DNA of 64,000 nt from Thermoproteota archaeon (GTDB lineage: Archaea; Asgardarchaeota; Jordiarchaeia; Jordiarchaeales; Freyrarchaeaceae), in assembly GCA_029258835.1 (NCBI GenBank), contig JAPDJY010000023.1, forward strand, positions 1 through 64,000. The letters are read 5' to 3'. The translations under genes were made by a program, and so were the position numbers. The notes beneath the pieces were generated by a model. It worked only from the letters and a program-made list of their open reading frames with translations. It made no database searches and was not told where the DNA came from. Shown in pieces: positions 17,752 through 27,635 of the stretch. Within the stretch, counting starts at the first letter, position 1, and every line of letters starts with the position of its first letter.

Positions 17752-19956
17752 CTAGAGGGTGTCTATGTACTCTTCGGGTTTCGGTGGCTCGGGCTTCAGC
17801 CCCTTCCGTTTCCGCACCTCCGCTATCACCTCGCCGAGAAGGGACTTGGGCACCTCGGCCCACCGGGAGAACTGGGTTTGCCAGAAAGCCCTGCCCGAGG
17901 TCTTCGACCGGAGCTCGTTCGCCAGCCCGAAGCTCTCCCTGACCGGGATCTCGCCTGTTATGAAGGCTAGGGGGCCCTTCTGGTCCACGCTCAGAACCTG
18001 GCCTCTACGCTGGGAGAGAACGCTTGAAATGACGCCGATGTAGTCGGGTGGAACACTCACCTGAATCTTATATATAGGCTCTAGAAGTGTTGGCTTGGCG
18101 CTCAGGAACGCACCCCAAGTTGCACGCCTAGTCATGGGCATGATCTGTGCGGGCCCCCTGTGAACCGGGTCCTCGTGGAGCTGGCAGTCCACCACGTTGA
18201 CCTTTACACCCCGCATCGGCTCCTCGGCGAGGGGGCCAGCCTCGCAAGCCCACTTAGCCCCGGAGATTATGGTGTCTCTGACCTCACGCAGGTACTGGAT
18301 ACCCCTCGTCCTGTCCACGATAACGTTAAAGTGCTCGTCTATCGCCCATAGGTTCCTAGCGTCCTGAGAGTCCCAGCCAGCCTTCTCCCTGAGGATGCGC
18401 GCCCTCTCGTTCCTATCCTGATACTCCGAGATCTCCCCCTCAGCAATGAGGTTGATCGTCTCCTCGTTAAGAGGCTCAACAACGATCCAGATACGGTTAT
18501 GCTTATTAGGGCTCTTACCCAGTATTGGAGGAGAAGTGGACGTCACAGTCTCCCTGTAAACAACTATCGGAGGCGAAACAGTCACCTCTATCTGAGACTG
18601 GATCTCCTTAAGAGAAATTTCAAGGTGAAGCTCACCCATACCCGACAAAAGGTACTCCCCAGTCTCCTGATTAATCGTCGCAACAAGGTTCGGATCCTGA
18701 ATGGAAAGCTTCTGCATCAAGTCAACAAGCTTAGGCAGATCCCTAGGATGCTTAGGCTCAACCGCGACGGTAACCACCGGCTCCGAAACATACTTAATCT
18801 TCTCAAAAGGAGCCACAGAATCCTTAAACTCCTCAGCCACAACCGTCTCACCAGCCCTAGCAAGCTCCAACCCAAGCATAGCCGCAATGTTCCCAGCAGG
18901 AATAGACTTCACAATAGCCCGCCTAGCCCCCATGTAAATACTAGTCTGCTGAACCCTATAACCCTTCCTAGCAGTCAAAAGATAAACACGATCACCCTCA
19001 CTGATCGTCCCGGAAAACACACGCCCCGTCGAAACAATACCAGCATGAGGATCAACAACCACATTATTCAAGCAAATAACCGTAGGGCCATCCTCGTCGC
19101 ACTCCAACATAGCCCTCCCGACCTCACCGTTAAGATCCCCATGCCATATTTTGGGAATCCTGTAAGGCTGCGCCTCAAGAGGATTAGGCAAATGCTTAAC
19201 CACCATGTCCAGGACGGCGGCGTGCACCGGAAGAAGCTTCCTAAGCTCCTCAACGTTCTCCTCCCTATAGTACGCCACAATGTCACCAAACTTCAACCCA
19301 AGCTCCTGCATCTGCGGAATAGTGAAACCCCACCCATGAAGCGCAGACCCAAAAGCAACACTACCATTAGCAGGATTAACCCTCCACTTCCCCGCAAACT
19401 CCTTCTCACCATACAAACTAATCAAACCATTAAAGTCACGAATAATCCTGTTAAACTTCTCCTGAACAGCACGATCATCAAGCTTCAACTCACGAATCAA
19501 ACGATCAACCTTATTAATGAAAAGAACAGGCTTAACCCGCTCAGCCAAAGCCTGCCTAGTCACAGTCTCAGTCTGAACCATAACCTCCTCAACAGCATCC
19601 ACAACCACCACCGCACCATCAATGACACGTAAAGCCCTAGTCACATGTCCCGTGAAGTCCACGTGTCCAGGGGTATCCACTAAATTAATTAAATATTCGC
19701 GCTCATCCACCTTGTGAAGTAAGGATATGTTCGCTGCTTTTACTGTGATCATCCTTTGTTGCTCGACTTCAAGGTAGTCTAGTGCTCGTGCTTGTCCGGC
19801 TATTGTGGGTGATAGTAGGCCTGCTTCGGCGAGGAGGGAGTCTGAGAGTGTTGTTTTGCCGTGGTCTATGTGTGCTATTATTCCGAAGTTTCTTATTTGC
19901 TCTTTTTTGGTCATCATTTTCGTTATTTCTTCTATTAATTTGTGTCTTGATGACAT
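17752..19956 (-). CDS. fusA: Translation elongation factor EF-2
   Basis: AHIDHGKTT, DTPGH, NKVD and diphthamide loop LHEDPVHRGPAQ; 734 aa. Confidence 0.98.
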   Translation of the reverse strand: MSSRHKLIEEITKMMTKKEQIRNFGIIAHIDHGKTTLSDSLLAEAGLLSPTIAGQARALDYLEVEQQRMITVKAANISLLHKVDEREYLINLVDTPGHVDFTGHVTRALRVIDGAVVVVDAVEEVMVQTETVTRQALAERVKPVLFINKVDRLIRELKLDDRAVQEKFNRIIRDFNGLISLYGEKEFAGKWRVNPANGSVAFGSALHGWGFTIPQMQELGLKFGDIVAYYREENVEELRKLLPVHAAVLDMVVKHLPNPLEAQPYRIPKIWHGDLNGEVGRAMLECDEDGPTVICLNNVVVDPHAGIVSTGRVFSGTISEGDRVYLLTARKGYRVQQTSIYMGARRAIVKSIPAGNIAAMLGLELARAGETVVAEEFKDSVAPFEKIKYVSEPVVTVAVEPKHPRDLPKLVDLMQKLSIQDPNLVATINQETGEYLLSGMGELHLEISLKEIQSQIEVTVSPPIVVYRETVTSTSPPILGKSPNKHNRIWIVVEPLNEETINLIAEGEISEYQDRNERARILREKAGWDSQDARNLWAIDEHFNVIVDRTRGIQYLREVRDTIISGAKWACEAGPLAEEPMRGVKVNVVDCQLHEDPVHRGPAQIMPMTRRATWGAFLSAKPTLLEPIYKIQVSVPPDYIGVISSVLSQRRGQVLSVDQKGPLAFITGEIPVRESFGLANELRSKTSGRAFWQTQFSRWAEVPKSLLGEVIAEVRKRKGLKPEPPKPEEYIDTL

Positions 19957-20044
19957 GCTTTCTACCTCCTTTAATTGAAAGTGTTAGAGGGGTGAGCGTT
20001 TCATTTTTTGCGTTCCTAATTTCAAACGTTTCATTTATTCCTTT

Positions 20045-23000
20045 CTATGTTCTATTTTTTTGGTGTTTTCGCGTTATGAGATTGGCTGGCAGAGTTTTCC
20101 TAAACTTGTATAGTTTAAGGTTGATGGGTCTGGTGTCTACTCCCAGCAAGAATTCTATTTCTACGGTACCCTTTAACTCTTCCGGTTTCGCGTCAATGCC
20201 CATCTCCTTGAGTTTTCCCGCTATCTTCTCTGCACCATCCTTCTTCCTTATCAGCTCGTAAAGCCTCCAAACATGGATAACTTCCACCTTTTTTCCATCC
20301 GCTATCTTTGCTTTAATATATGATGGTTCTCTCTTATCGTGGAGAGGTTCTATTGTGATTTTCCCCTTTTTTGCTTCCATTTTCCCTTTAATTATCCCGT
20401 TTAATGCTTTGAAAGTTTCTATTGGAAGGACAATCCTCCTTGTTACTTTCACTATGACTGGGCAAAGCTTGGGCTCTTCCCTCAGTTTTCTTAAATTTAT
20501 GTTTAAGGTTTCTAAGAAATTTCTGGTGGCTTCCACGAGTTTGTTTGTTGTAGTAAGTTTGCGAACGTAGCCTTTAGCTTGTTCCACCGCAGTTTTAATA
20601 GTCTCGATTTTTACGCCCGCCTCCATTAGAGCCTTTCTCGTTTTGAAGGCCCAGTAAGGTGTCAAACGGTATACTTTACTATCTTCTTTAACGTTAACCG
20701 CTCCCCGTTTTTCTATTTCTCTTTCGTTTTTCTCTAACCATTCTGCGATACGCTCCGCGATAACGCCCTCCAGCCTCACTTTAGCTCTTCCAGCAAGTCT
20801 ATGTGCTAACGCGTTGAGTAATTCGATGTCTTTCGTTTCGGGTACAAACGGTGTAATTGCCATAGCTAAGCTACCATTGAAAAATAACGTCATGTGCGCG
20901 GTTAACTTTTTGACATGACCATCCTTAAAAATAACTGTGAATTTCTTTATGGTTATTGATGGCTTCCCTTCTGTTTCTGTTATCTTTATTCCTAATGTAT
21001 CGGCTGTTTTGGCGTAAAGCAGAGCTAACTCTGCTATCTGTGCTAGTCTTGGATGGGCGAGCTCCTTCACAACTAGATCCTTTCTAAATAAATATCTGAT
21101 GGCTTTTGATGTTACCGCATATCGGTTACTGCTCTCTTTTATCACTCCACCTCTCTTCATCATCGCTTCTAATGCTTCCTTTAGGGTTTTTGGTGGGTTG
21201 TTAAGGAACGTGTTTTTTTCGAACAATCCTCTCTTAAACCGCCTTGCACCATTCAGCTTTAACTCGCCACTCTGCCCCACCGTAATATTAAAATTCTTGA
21301 TGCTTATTGTCCCGTCTCCCATTATGAGCGTTCCTAGAAGGTTAGCAGTGAAGAGAGCTGCAAGCCTCCTCTTCCACGTGACCTTGCTTGTAGCCATTTC
21401 TCTAACCCATTCCATAAGTCTTTCAGGAATGACTGAAGTTCTTCTTGTCTTAAAGCCTGGCTCAAACCCCAACCCCGCAAGAAATTCCCCAGCGGCACGC
21501 GACTCAACTCTGTTTTCCACACCTCTACTTATCCTTGTTCTGGGGTTCCCATTTGTAAGCCGTCGTATTATCCATGATACCTCCTCAACCTCTTCCTTCC
21601 TGTAGGAGGAATACCCAAACAAGTGTTGTTGGGTTAAGTCTCCGTCTCCTATTAGAGCACCTATAAGCTTACCAATTAATGCTACCCCTTCCTCAACGGA
21701 AACGTCAATGTCAAATACATTCCTACACTTCCCTACAATTTCGGTTAGATCCCCCTTCGTTCCAGAGAACAGCTCCCTCAAACGACCGTATCCTTTAATT
21801 GAAAAATCTACAGGTTTTAGATTTTTGATTACTTCCTTGGCGTCTTTTATGCTGAGAGCTACCGCTATAAAGGCTATTGCGTCAACAACAAGTAAACCAT
21901 CAAGTCTCCTTTGCCCATGAAAAACATACTTGGAGAGACCTTCTGACCTTGTCCCTTGAAGAAATTTCGGAAATTTTGTTGCGTAGCCGAGGGTTCGATA
22001 TGCTTTTTCCAGCTTGTCTTTCAGCGTGTTCTTTCCGTTTTCCTCCACATAATACCTTGTTAGGTGGATGTCTGCTTTAATAGGTCCCCTCGGCGTCAGG
22101 ATCCATCGTACTCGGTAGTCTCTGGAGGCAACGAGGCATCCGTACGACAGGAAGGGAAAACGCCCAACTTTCTCGAGGCCCTGCTGGAAACCCCCAGCTT
22201 TCTCTATCAACGAGAACGTGGACGTAACCACCCTTTTCATAAACCAATTATAATCAAAACATGCTCCTTCCAGATTAAGAATGAAGGAAACTAAGGAAAG
22301 CCTCCAACCACTTATAGTCCTCAACATTGCTCTTAGAATGCTGGACACGATAACTTCTTTTTTGTCAAGTGTCTCGGCGAGCTTCTTAACAACTTTGCTA
22401 AAACCTACCTCCTCTATTTTGGCGTGGAGCTCCCTCCACCCCTTAACGATACGTGCACGGTCTCCCCTCACCTCGGCTTCAACCGTGAAGCCCTTAAACT
22501 CCCCTATCAGCCTAACATTCTCCGCCCTCTTAACGAAATCGTTTAAAGGGATTTCCGCCTCCCCACCCCGACCCCTGACACGTACCCTCCCATCTCTAGC
22601 CACAGCTCTAACCGGGTGGCTACCAACCACCCCCAAAACCACAATTTTCTTCGCTCCCGCCAACCCGCAAACCAGCCCAAAGGAACCAACAGGGACACTT
22701 ATCCTACCAGTTAAACGTAGCATAGAAATTTCGTCAAGTAATTCTGGATCCTTCTTCGTTTCCTCCAGTAGTTCCTTTGCTTTATCTTTTCCAAGCAGTT
22801 CTTCGAATTTACCGTTAATCCATTCTTTAACTTTTTTGTATCCGTTATATTGTGTAAGCAGCTTGCTGGCTTTGGCTTCTAGATCCGTTGGCGCCGCTAC
22901 CCCTTCGCCTAGCGTTCTCTTTATTGCTTTTACGAGGATTCTTGCAGGGACGTAATTTGTTAATCCGAGACCGTCAGCTAGTTTACGCAGCTCCTCCGCC

Positions 23001-24652
23001 TCAGCCCCCATTCCCGCTTTCTTAAGCCTTTCTATTTCAGCCCTCAGAACATCTCCGGCTGTGGCGTCTGCGTCGGCTTTTATAAGTGTCATAAGCATTC
23101 TTCCGATATCCCTTGCCTTAACCTCTTGGTTGCTGGCTAAAGCATCCATCTGCCTTCTTAAAACATCTAGAACCTCTCCACCTGTCATATCCCTCCCCCA
23201 GAGCTTGAGCTTCATATCCTTCACAGTTTCCAATACGTCTGCTGGGCGTGGCCCAGTAATCTCAAGGATGGCTAGGCTTGCTGGAATGAACATGTTGAGA
23301 TCCGCCCTCCCCTTAGCAATCCATTTAAGCGCTTCTGGGCTAACATCCCACGCCTTGCAAAGCCACCCAGCAATCTCTCTCTTCTGAAGAATGGAGCGGG
23401 CAACTTGAGCCATCCAGCCTGGCACAATCACCGATATGCCTTGAAGTTTGCGGATGCTACCGAGTAAACCATAAACCTCACGGCGAAGTCCAATGTCATC
23501 CTTTAAGCACCCTCTTACCCTCTCAATAATCTGACTAACATTTTCCGCGGCTTGAGAACGAAGACGCCTAACAATACGGTCAAAAGCATCTAGAAACCCT
23601 GTACACCATGAAAGGTCAACGAAAGCCGAATTCTTAACCTTAAAGCTCTTTTCCACCCTCCCTATCCTGTTGTCATTCCACCTCACCATACGCCACTGTT
23701 CACCCCCTCTCCTCTCCCCTCCCTTCCTCGACCCCTCATTCCCTCCTCCTGGCACCTCTCCTTCCTGGCTGCGCCTCCCCTCTCCTAAGGTTCCCAGCGT
23801 GATTGTTTTTCCGGGCTTGGGGTGTTGGGGGGTTGGGGGGTTGGGGGTTTTTCCGCGTGTTTTTTCTAGGGTTGGGAGGAGGGCTGCCAGCGCCTTTACG
23901 GCTGTGGCTGGGGATAGCAGGCCTAGGAAGGCTTTTAGCTCCTCCACCTCCATCCCCGCTTTCTCGGCTAGCTCGTCGAAGCTTACCCCGCTTTCCTTCA
24001 CGGCTTCGAGGACCCTCACCGCCTCCCCAACCCCTGCGAGCCTGGCTTCACCCCCCACCACCTCAACCCTGACGCCGCCCACCTTTGGCAGCAGCTCGAG
24101 TAGGGCTTCAGCCTTCCTCAGCTTGATGGGCTTCCTTGCTGCAGCCTCGAGGTCCCTGATGCCTGCCCCCACCCTGCAGCACCGCTCAGCCAGCTCCCTG
24201 TCAGCCAGCACGGCTCGGGCTGCGTCCGCAACTTCGTCGGGGGCCAGGGCGTAGCTCCTCCAGCCCTCGTCCACCCACCAAACCCCGGCAACCCCGCTGA
24301 GAGCACGGCCGGCCTCAACCCTCCCCTCACAGCAACCCCTCACCACCCCCGCAGCCCTCACCATACCCGGAAACCTGTCCGGGATGCTTCCGTGAGCCCA
24401 GGAGGCCAGCGCCCGGAACCCGAACCCCTCCCCCCTCCCCGAAGGCGGCACGTAAACCCTCCACCCCCCAACCCAGAGGGTGTCGAGCGGCCTGCCACAC
24501 GGCTTCACAGCCGGGAACCCGAGCAGCCACCCCTCCCTGTTAAGCCACTCCACGTGCCCCGAGAACCCCTCCCGCCTCGCCCCCTCCTCAACCTCCCTGA
24601 TCCCTTCAGCTCTCCTGTGCTCCCTTGACCCTTCTCCTCCTTCGAAGACCAT
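20045..24652 (-). CDS. Very large hypothetical protein containing a double LAGLIDADG-like endonuclease domain
   Basis: KLIGALIGDGDL and NLLGTLIMGDGTI motifs ~110 aa apart, with LAGLGFEPGFKT between them; mosaic composition. Confidence 0.6.
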   Translation of the reverse strand: MVFEGGEGSREHRRAEGIREVEEGARREGFSGHVEWLNREGWLLGFPAVKPCGRPLDTLWVGGWRVYVPPSGRGEGFGFRALASWAHGSIPDRFPGMVRAAGVVRGCCEGRVEAGRALSGVAGVWWVDEGWRSYALAPDEVADAARAVLADRELAERCCRVGAGIRDLEAAARKPIKLRKAEALLELLPKVGGVRVEVVGGEARLAGVGEAVRVLEAVKESGVSFDELAEKAGMEVEELKAFLGLLSPATAVKALAALLPTLEKTRGKTPNPPTPQHPKPGKTITLGTLGEGRRSQEGEVPGGGNEGSRKGGERRGGEQWRMVRWNDNRIGRVEKSFKVKNSAFVDLSWCTGFLDAFDRIVRRLRSQAAENVSQIIERVRGCLKDDIGLRREVYGLLGSIRKLQGISVIVPGWMAQVARSILQKREIAGWLCKAWDVSPEALKWIAKGRADLNMFIPASLAILEITGPRPADVLETVKDMKLKLWGRDMTGGEVLDVLRRQMDALASNQEVKARDIGRMLMTLIKADADATAGDVLRAEIERLKKAGMGAEAEELRKLADGLGLTNYVPARILVKAIKRTLGEGVAAPTDLEAKASKLLTQYNGYKKVKEWINGKFEELLGKDKAKELLEETKKDPELLDEISMLRLTGRISVPVGSFGLVCGLAGAKKIVVLGVVGSHPVRAVARDGRVRVRGRGGEAEIPLNDFVKRAENVRLIGEFKGFTVEAEVRGDRARIVKGWRELHAKIEEVGFSKVVKKLAETLDKKEVIVSSILRAMLRTISGWRLSLVSFILNLEGACFDYNWFMKRVVTSTFSLIEKAGGFQQGLEKVGRFPFLSYGCLVASRDYRVRWILTPRGPIKADIHLTRYYVEENGKNTLKDKLEKAYRTLGYATKFPKFLQGTRSEGLSKYVFHGQRRLDGLLVVDAIAFIAVALSIKDAKEVIKNLKPVDFSIKGYGRLRELFSGTKGDLTEIVGKCRNVFDIDVSVEEGVALIGKLIGALIGDGDLTQQHLFGYSSYRKEEVEEVSWIIRRLTNGNPRTRISRGVENRVESRAAGEFLAGLGFEPGFKTRRTSVIPERLMEWVREMATSKVTWKRRLAALFTANLLGTLIMGDGTISIKNFNITVGQSGELKLNGARRFKRGLFEKNTFLNNPPKTLKEALEAMMKRGGVIKESSNRYAVTSKAIRYLFRKDLVVKELAHPRLAQIAELALLYAKTADTLGIKITETEGKPSITIKKFTVIFKDGHVKKLTAHMTLFFNGSLAMAITPFVPETKDIELLNALAHRLAGRAKVRLEGVIAERIAEWLEKNEREIEKRGAVNVKEDSKVYRLTPYWAFKTRKALMEAGVKIETIKTAVEQAKGYVRKLTTTNKLVEATRNFLETLNINLRKLREEPKLCPVIVKVTRRIVLPIETFKALNGIIKGKMEAKKGKITIEPLHDKREPSYIKAKIADGKKVEVIHVWRLYELIRKKDGAEKIAGKLKEMGIDAKPEELKGTVEIEFLLGVDTRPINLKLYKFRKTLPANLITRKHQKNRT

Positions 24653-24962
24653 GGAGCTACCCCCGAGCTCTTCTGCGCTTCAGGGTTGCCGCCGGGCCGG
24701 TGCTGCTGTCAGGGTCAGGGTGGCTGCGACCACCTCCTTCCTCAACGGCCATCACCCCTCTCCACCTAGCTAAACCACACTCCCCAACCCCCAACTAACA
24801 AACATATATTTTACTGTTGTGGGCTGAAAAATATAAAGAATTGAGCTTTCAATCGAATCAAATGCGAATCTTCGCCTCCCCTCTGCATAATATTCAAAAA
24901 ATGCATGTTTACTTTGGCTTGTCTACGATTTTTCACGTTGCTACATCATGGTTTTTGTATTT

Positions 24963-25286
24963 TTAAGAGAAATTATGTTTTTGAGGGAGAAAAATAAATT
25001 TTTGATGGCTAAAAGAGAATTCCTTATAATTTTTGTATGTGTTTTGTGTGGTGTGATCGCCCATAATCCGGGTAGCAACGAATTGGTTAGACTGGTGATG
25101 AAGAAGTAGTGCTCGTGCTTGTCCGGCTATTGTGGGTGATAGTAGGCCTGCTTCGGCGAGGAGGAAGTCTGTAAGCGTGGTTTTTCCGTAGTCTATGTGG
25201 GCTATTATGCCGATGTTTCGGACTCTTTCTTTTTGCTTCATCATTTTTACTATTTCGTTCACGGTTTTGATCCTTGCCGATGGCAT
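24963..25286 (-). pseudogene. fusA: Duplicated EF-2 5' fragment (~60 codons), then unrelated sequence
   Basis: RNIGIIAHIDYGKTTLTDFLLAEAGLLSPTIAGQARAL; 58-bp perfect identity between 25107-25164 and 19780-19837. Confidence 0.9.
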
Positions 25287-25431
25287 GATATTTCACCTTC
25301 CTTGTTGGGGGAGGACGGCTACAGTGTTTTTAAAAATTTTTCGGGGGTCGTTGTTTCGGGGCTAGCCGCCCGGTAGGGCCCCTTAGTATGAGGGGTGGCA
25401 TGTATTGCAGGGCCTTTGAGAAGTGCTCCCT

Positions 25432-26220
25432 CTAAGCATGATATGGTATCATGTATTTTATGGTTTTTGCTTCTTCCAAGTTTGGATATATTTTTTCTGC
25501 TAGGTCTCTGCGTCCGATCTTGGCTCTGTTCGCTATTATTACTTTGTCCCATAGGCTGAGTACGTGCTTGTTTCTTAGCACTGCTTCCAGTGCCTTCTCA
25601 CCGTCCCCCCTGACCTCATCTCCTATTTCTTCCATTAACGCTGTCCTGGTAACGGAGATTTCTAGGTCGCTTACGTATATGTTTTCTCTTTCCTTCAGTA
25701 TTTCCTCTGGGTCCCCGTACACCACATCTTCCATTTCCATCTCAAGCTCTTCCAGTTCCTCCTTGGGGAGGATGAACCTGGCATGTATTTTTAGTTCTTC
25801 CCCGTGGAACCAGGGTATAGTGGTTGCCAGCTTGATCCCCTCATCATATAGTTCCCAAGCTATGAGGGCGTGTGCTAGGCGGCCGAAGATTTCTAGGTAG
25901 CGTACCGCGTAGCCATCTTTCCTGATCCTTTCTTCCTCCCTGCATATCCTATCCAGCTCCTTGTTCCATTGTTTCCAGTCTTCTTCCGTTGGGGGCTTAC
26001 TGTCGTCGAGGGGTTCCCTTCCAAGCCACTCCAGAATCTTGCGCGCGAAAGCCCTTGAAAGCTCAACTATCATCTCAAACTTCTCCTTTTCTCCCTTGTC
26101 TCCCATCCTTAGCTTCCTGAAGTCTATTTTTACTAGCCTTTTTGCCTCATCTAAGAGGTTCCCGCTCAGCCCAGCCTTTTCAACATCCTCCAACAGCTTC
26201 TTCAACTCTAACTCTCCCAC
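25432..26220 (-). CDS. Hypothetical acidic helical protein
   Basis: 262-aa ORF, E/K-rich, SD-like GGTGGT upstream. Confidence 0.65.
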   Translation of the reverse strand: MGELELKKLLEDVEKAGLSGNLLDEAKRLVKIDFRKLRMGDKGEKEKFEMIVELSRAFARKILEWLGREPLDDSKPPTEEDWKQWNKELDRICREEERIRKDGYAVRYLEIFGRLAHALIAWELYDEGIKLATTIPWFHGEELKIHARFILPKEELEELEMEMEDVVYGDPEEILKERENIYVSDLEISVTRTALMEEIGDEVRGDGEKALEAVLRNKHVLSLWDKVIIANRAKIGRRDLAEKIYPNLEEAKTIKYMIPYHA

Positions 26221-26230
26221 ACTACCACCC

Positions 26231-26494
26231 TTAACCGGCGTCCCTAGGCTTTCGATGTTTCAGTCGTGCCTTGGTGAGGAGGTCTTCCGGGTCTGGAATC
26301 AACACCACGCTCACCTTCTCCGCCCCCGTCCTCCACTTCTCAACAACAATTTTGTATATTGCTGGTTTGACGTCGAAGCCAGCCAGCAATTTGAGGATCG
26401 ACCACCCCACCTTTTCCCGTCCATTAAGCTTCCCCCTCTCACCGTTGCATTTAAACTCTTCCATCTTTTCCTTGAAGCCGTATGTTGTTTCCAT
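26231..26494 (-). pseudogene. Short ORF, probably the 3' remnant of a longer gene
   Basis: Coding-like but interrupted sequence continues upstream to ~26670; ends 10 nt before the next gene. Confidence 0.35.
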
Positions 26495-26830
26495 GGGGGG
26501 TATCGGTGCTTGCTGAGGGGTGAGCTACGCTTCAAGGATGAGTTCCCCGTTTTCCCCTTTTTTCACCACCACCTTTCCCTGTCTGCACAGGTCTTCCGCT
26601 ATGCTACGCCTTTAACCCTAACTTCCCTGGGGGTTTTTAAGCCTTTCCCGTGTGTTCTTCGTTCATGTTCATTTGGGGTTCATTTATCCTTCCATTTAAG
26701 CTGTTTAGGGGATGGATCGTTGGGGTGGATGCGGTGTTCTTGACGGGAGGAGTTTGTCCTGGTGTTTTTGGTCGGTTTTTAGGTGGTGTTGGGGGTGGAG
26801 GTGGGTTGCGTTTTTAGGTGTGGTTTGGTT

Positions 26831-27466
26831 TCATTTTTGTTGGGTGGTGAGGTGCTTTCCTATTTTCTTGTAGATTGCTATTTTGTTTGTTAGGATGAGG
26901 GCTGCGGCTAGTGCTGCCGGTATTATCACGTTGATGTGGATGGTTGGTGTGAGGGGGATTTCCCATTGGAGGCCGCCGTTAACTAGGTATCCCACGGCGT
27001 AGTGGTAGAATGCGGTTATGGTTAGGGTTGCAGATGCTGTTTGGATGGTGGATGTTGTTATGAGGAAGCGTTTGTTCGTCATTGTTTTGGTTAGGGCTTG
27101 ATGCACTTTTTCGACGGGGTGCTTTGCTTTTAGGATTCCATACCAGTTTGGTGCTGTGGTTGGGTGGAGGTCTAGCGCGAGGGCTGAGGTGAGGGTTAGT
27201 GTTCCGATGATGAATAGGGTGTCGGGGATTGCCGGGTTGGCTGTTATGGGTATCCAGAAGTTGCCGTTTAGGATTAAGTATGAGCCTATGGGTGTTGTTT
27301 TTATGTGGGGGTTGAGGAGGAGTATGGCTGGGTGTGGCTGCGTGGTGTATAGGGGGGTTGAGGGGGATAGGAGGACTGCGATGTTGGCGGCGTAGAAGCA
27401 TATGGTGGCTATGAGGAAGGCGGCTGTTTGGAAGGCTACTGTCCGGTTAACTGTTTGCCTTATCAT
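26831..27466 (-). CDS. Hypothetical membrane protein
   Basis: About 4 hydrophobic segments; strong A/C codon skew; ATG 27466 avoids overlap with the neighbouring gene. Confidence 0.5.
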   Translation of the reverse strand: MIRQTVNRTVAFQTAAFLIATICFYAANIAVLLSPSTPLYTTQPHPAILLLNPHIKTTPIGSYLILNGNFWIPITANPAIPDTLFIIGTLTLTSALALDLHPTTAPNWYGILKAKHPVEKVHQALTKTMTNKRFLITTSTIQTASATLTITAFYHYAVGYLVNGGLQWEIPLTPTIHINVIIPAALAAALILTNKIAIYKKIGKHLTTQQK

Positions 27467-27635
27467 CGTTAGCGCTTGACCTGCCCGGCTCAATTCTTCA
27501 TCCCCAGGCTTTAGGACAAGTTTTGATTTTTCCCTTTTAACGGTTGTGATCTTTCTGTTCGGGAGGGTGAAGGTAAGAGTTATATATGTTGTTTCCTTTG
27601 TTGTTGCCGAAATTTTCGTCAGCAAGGTGGTGCCG

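Noticed and set aside
18499-19632. 377-aa plus-strand ORF (and similar antisense ORFs such as 25961-26743 and 7420-7830)
   Set aside because: Antisense to clear genes; a by-product of codon skew.
20045-24652. Intein or group I intron interpretation of the LAGLIDADG region
   Set aside because: No intein N/C-terminal motifs recognised, and EF-2 is complete without splicing.
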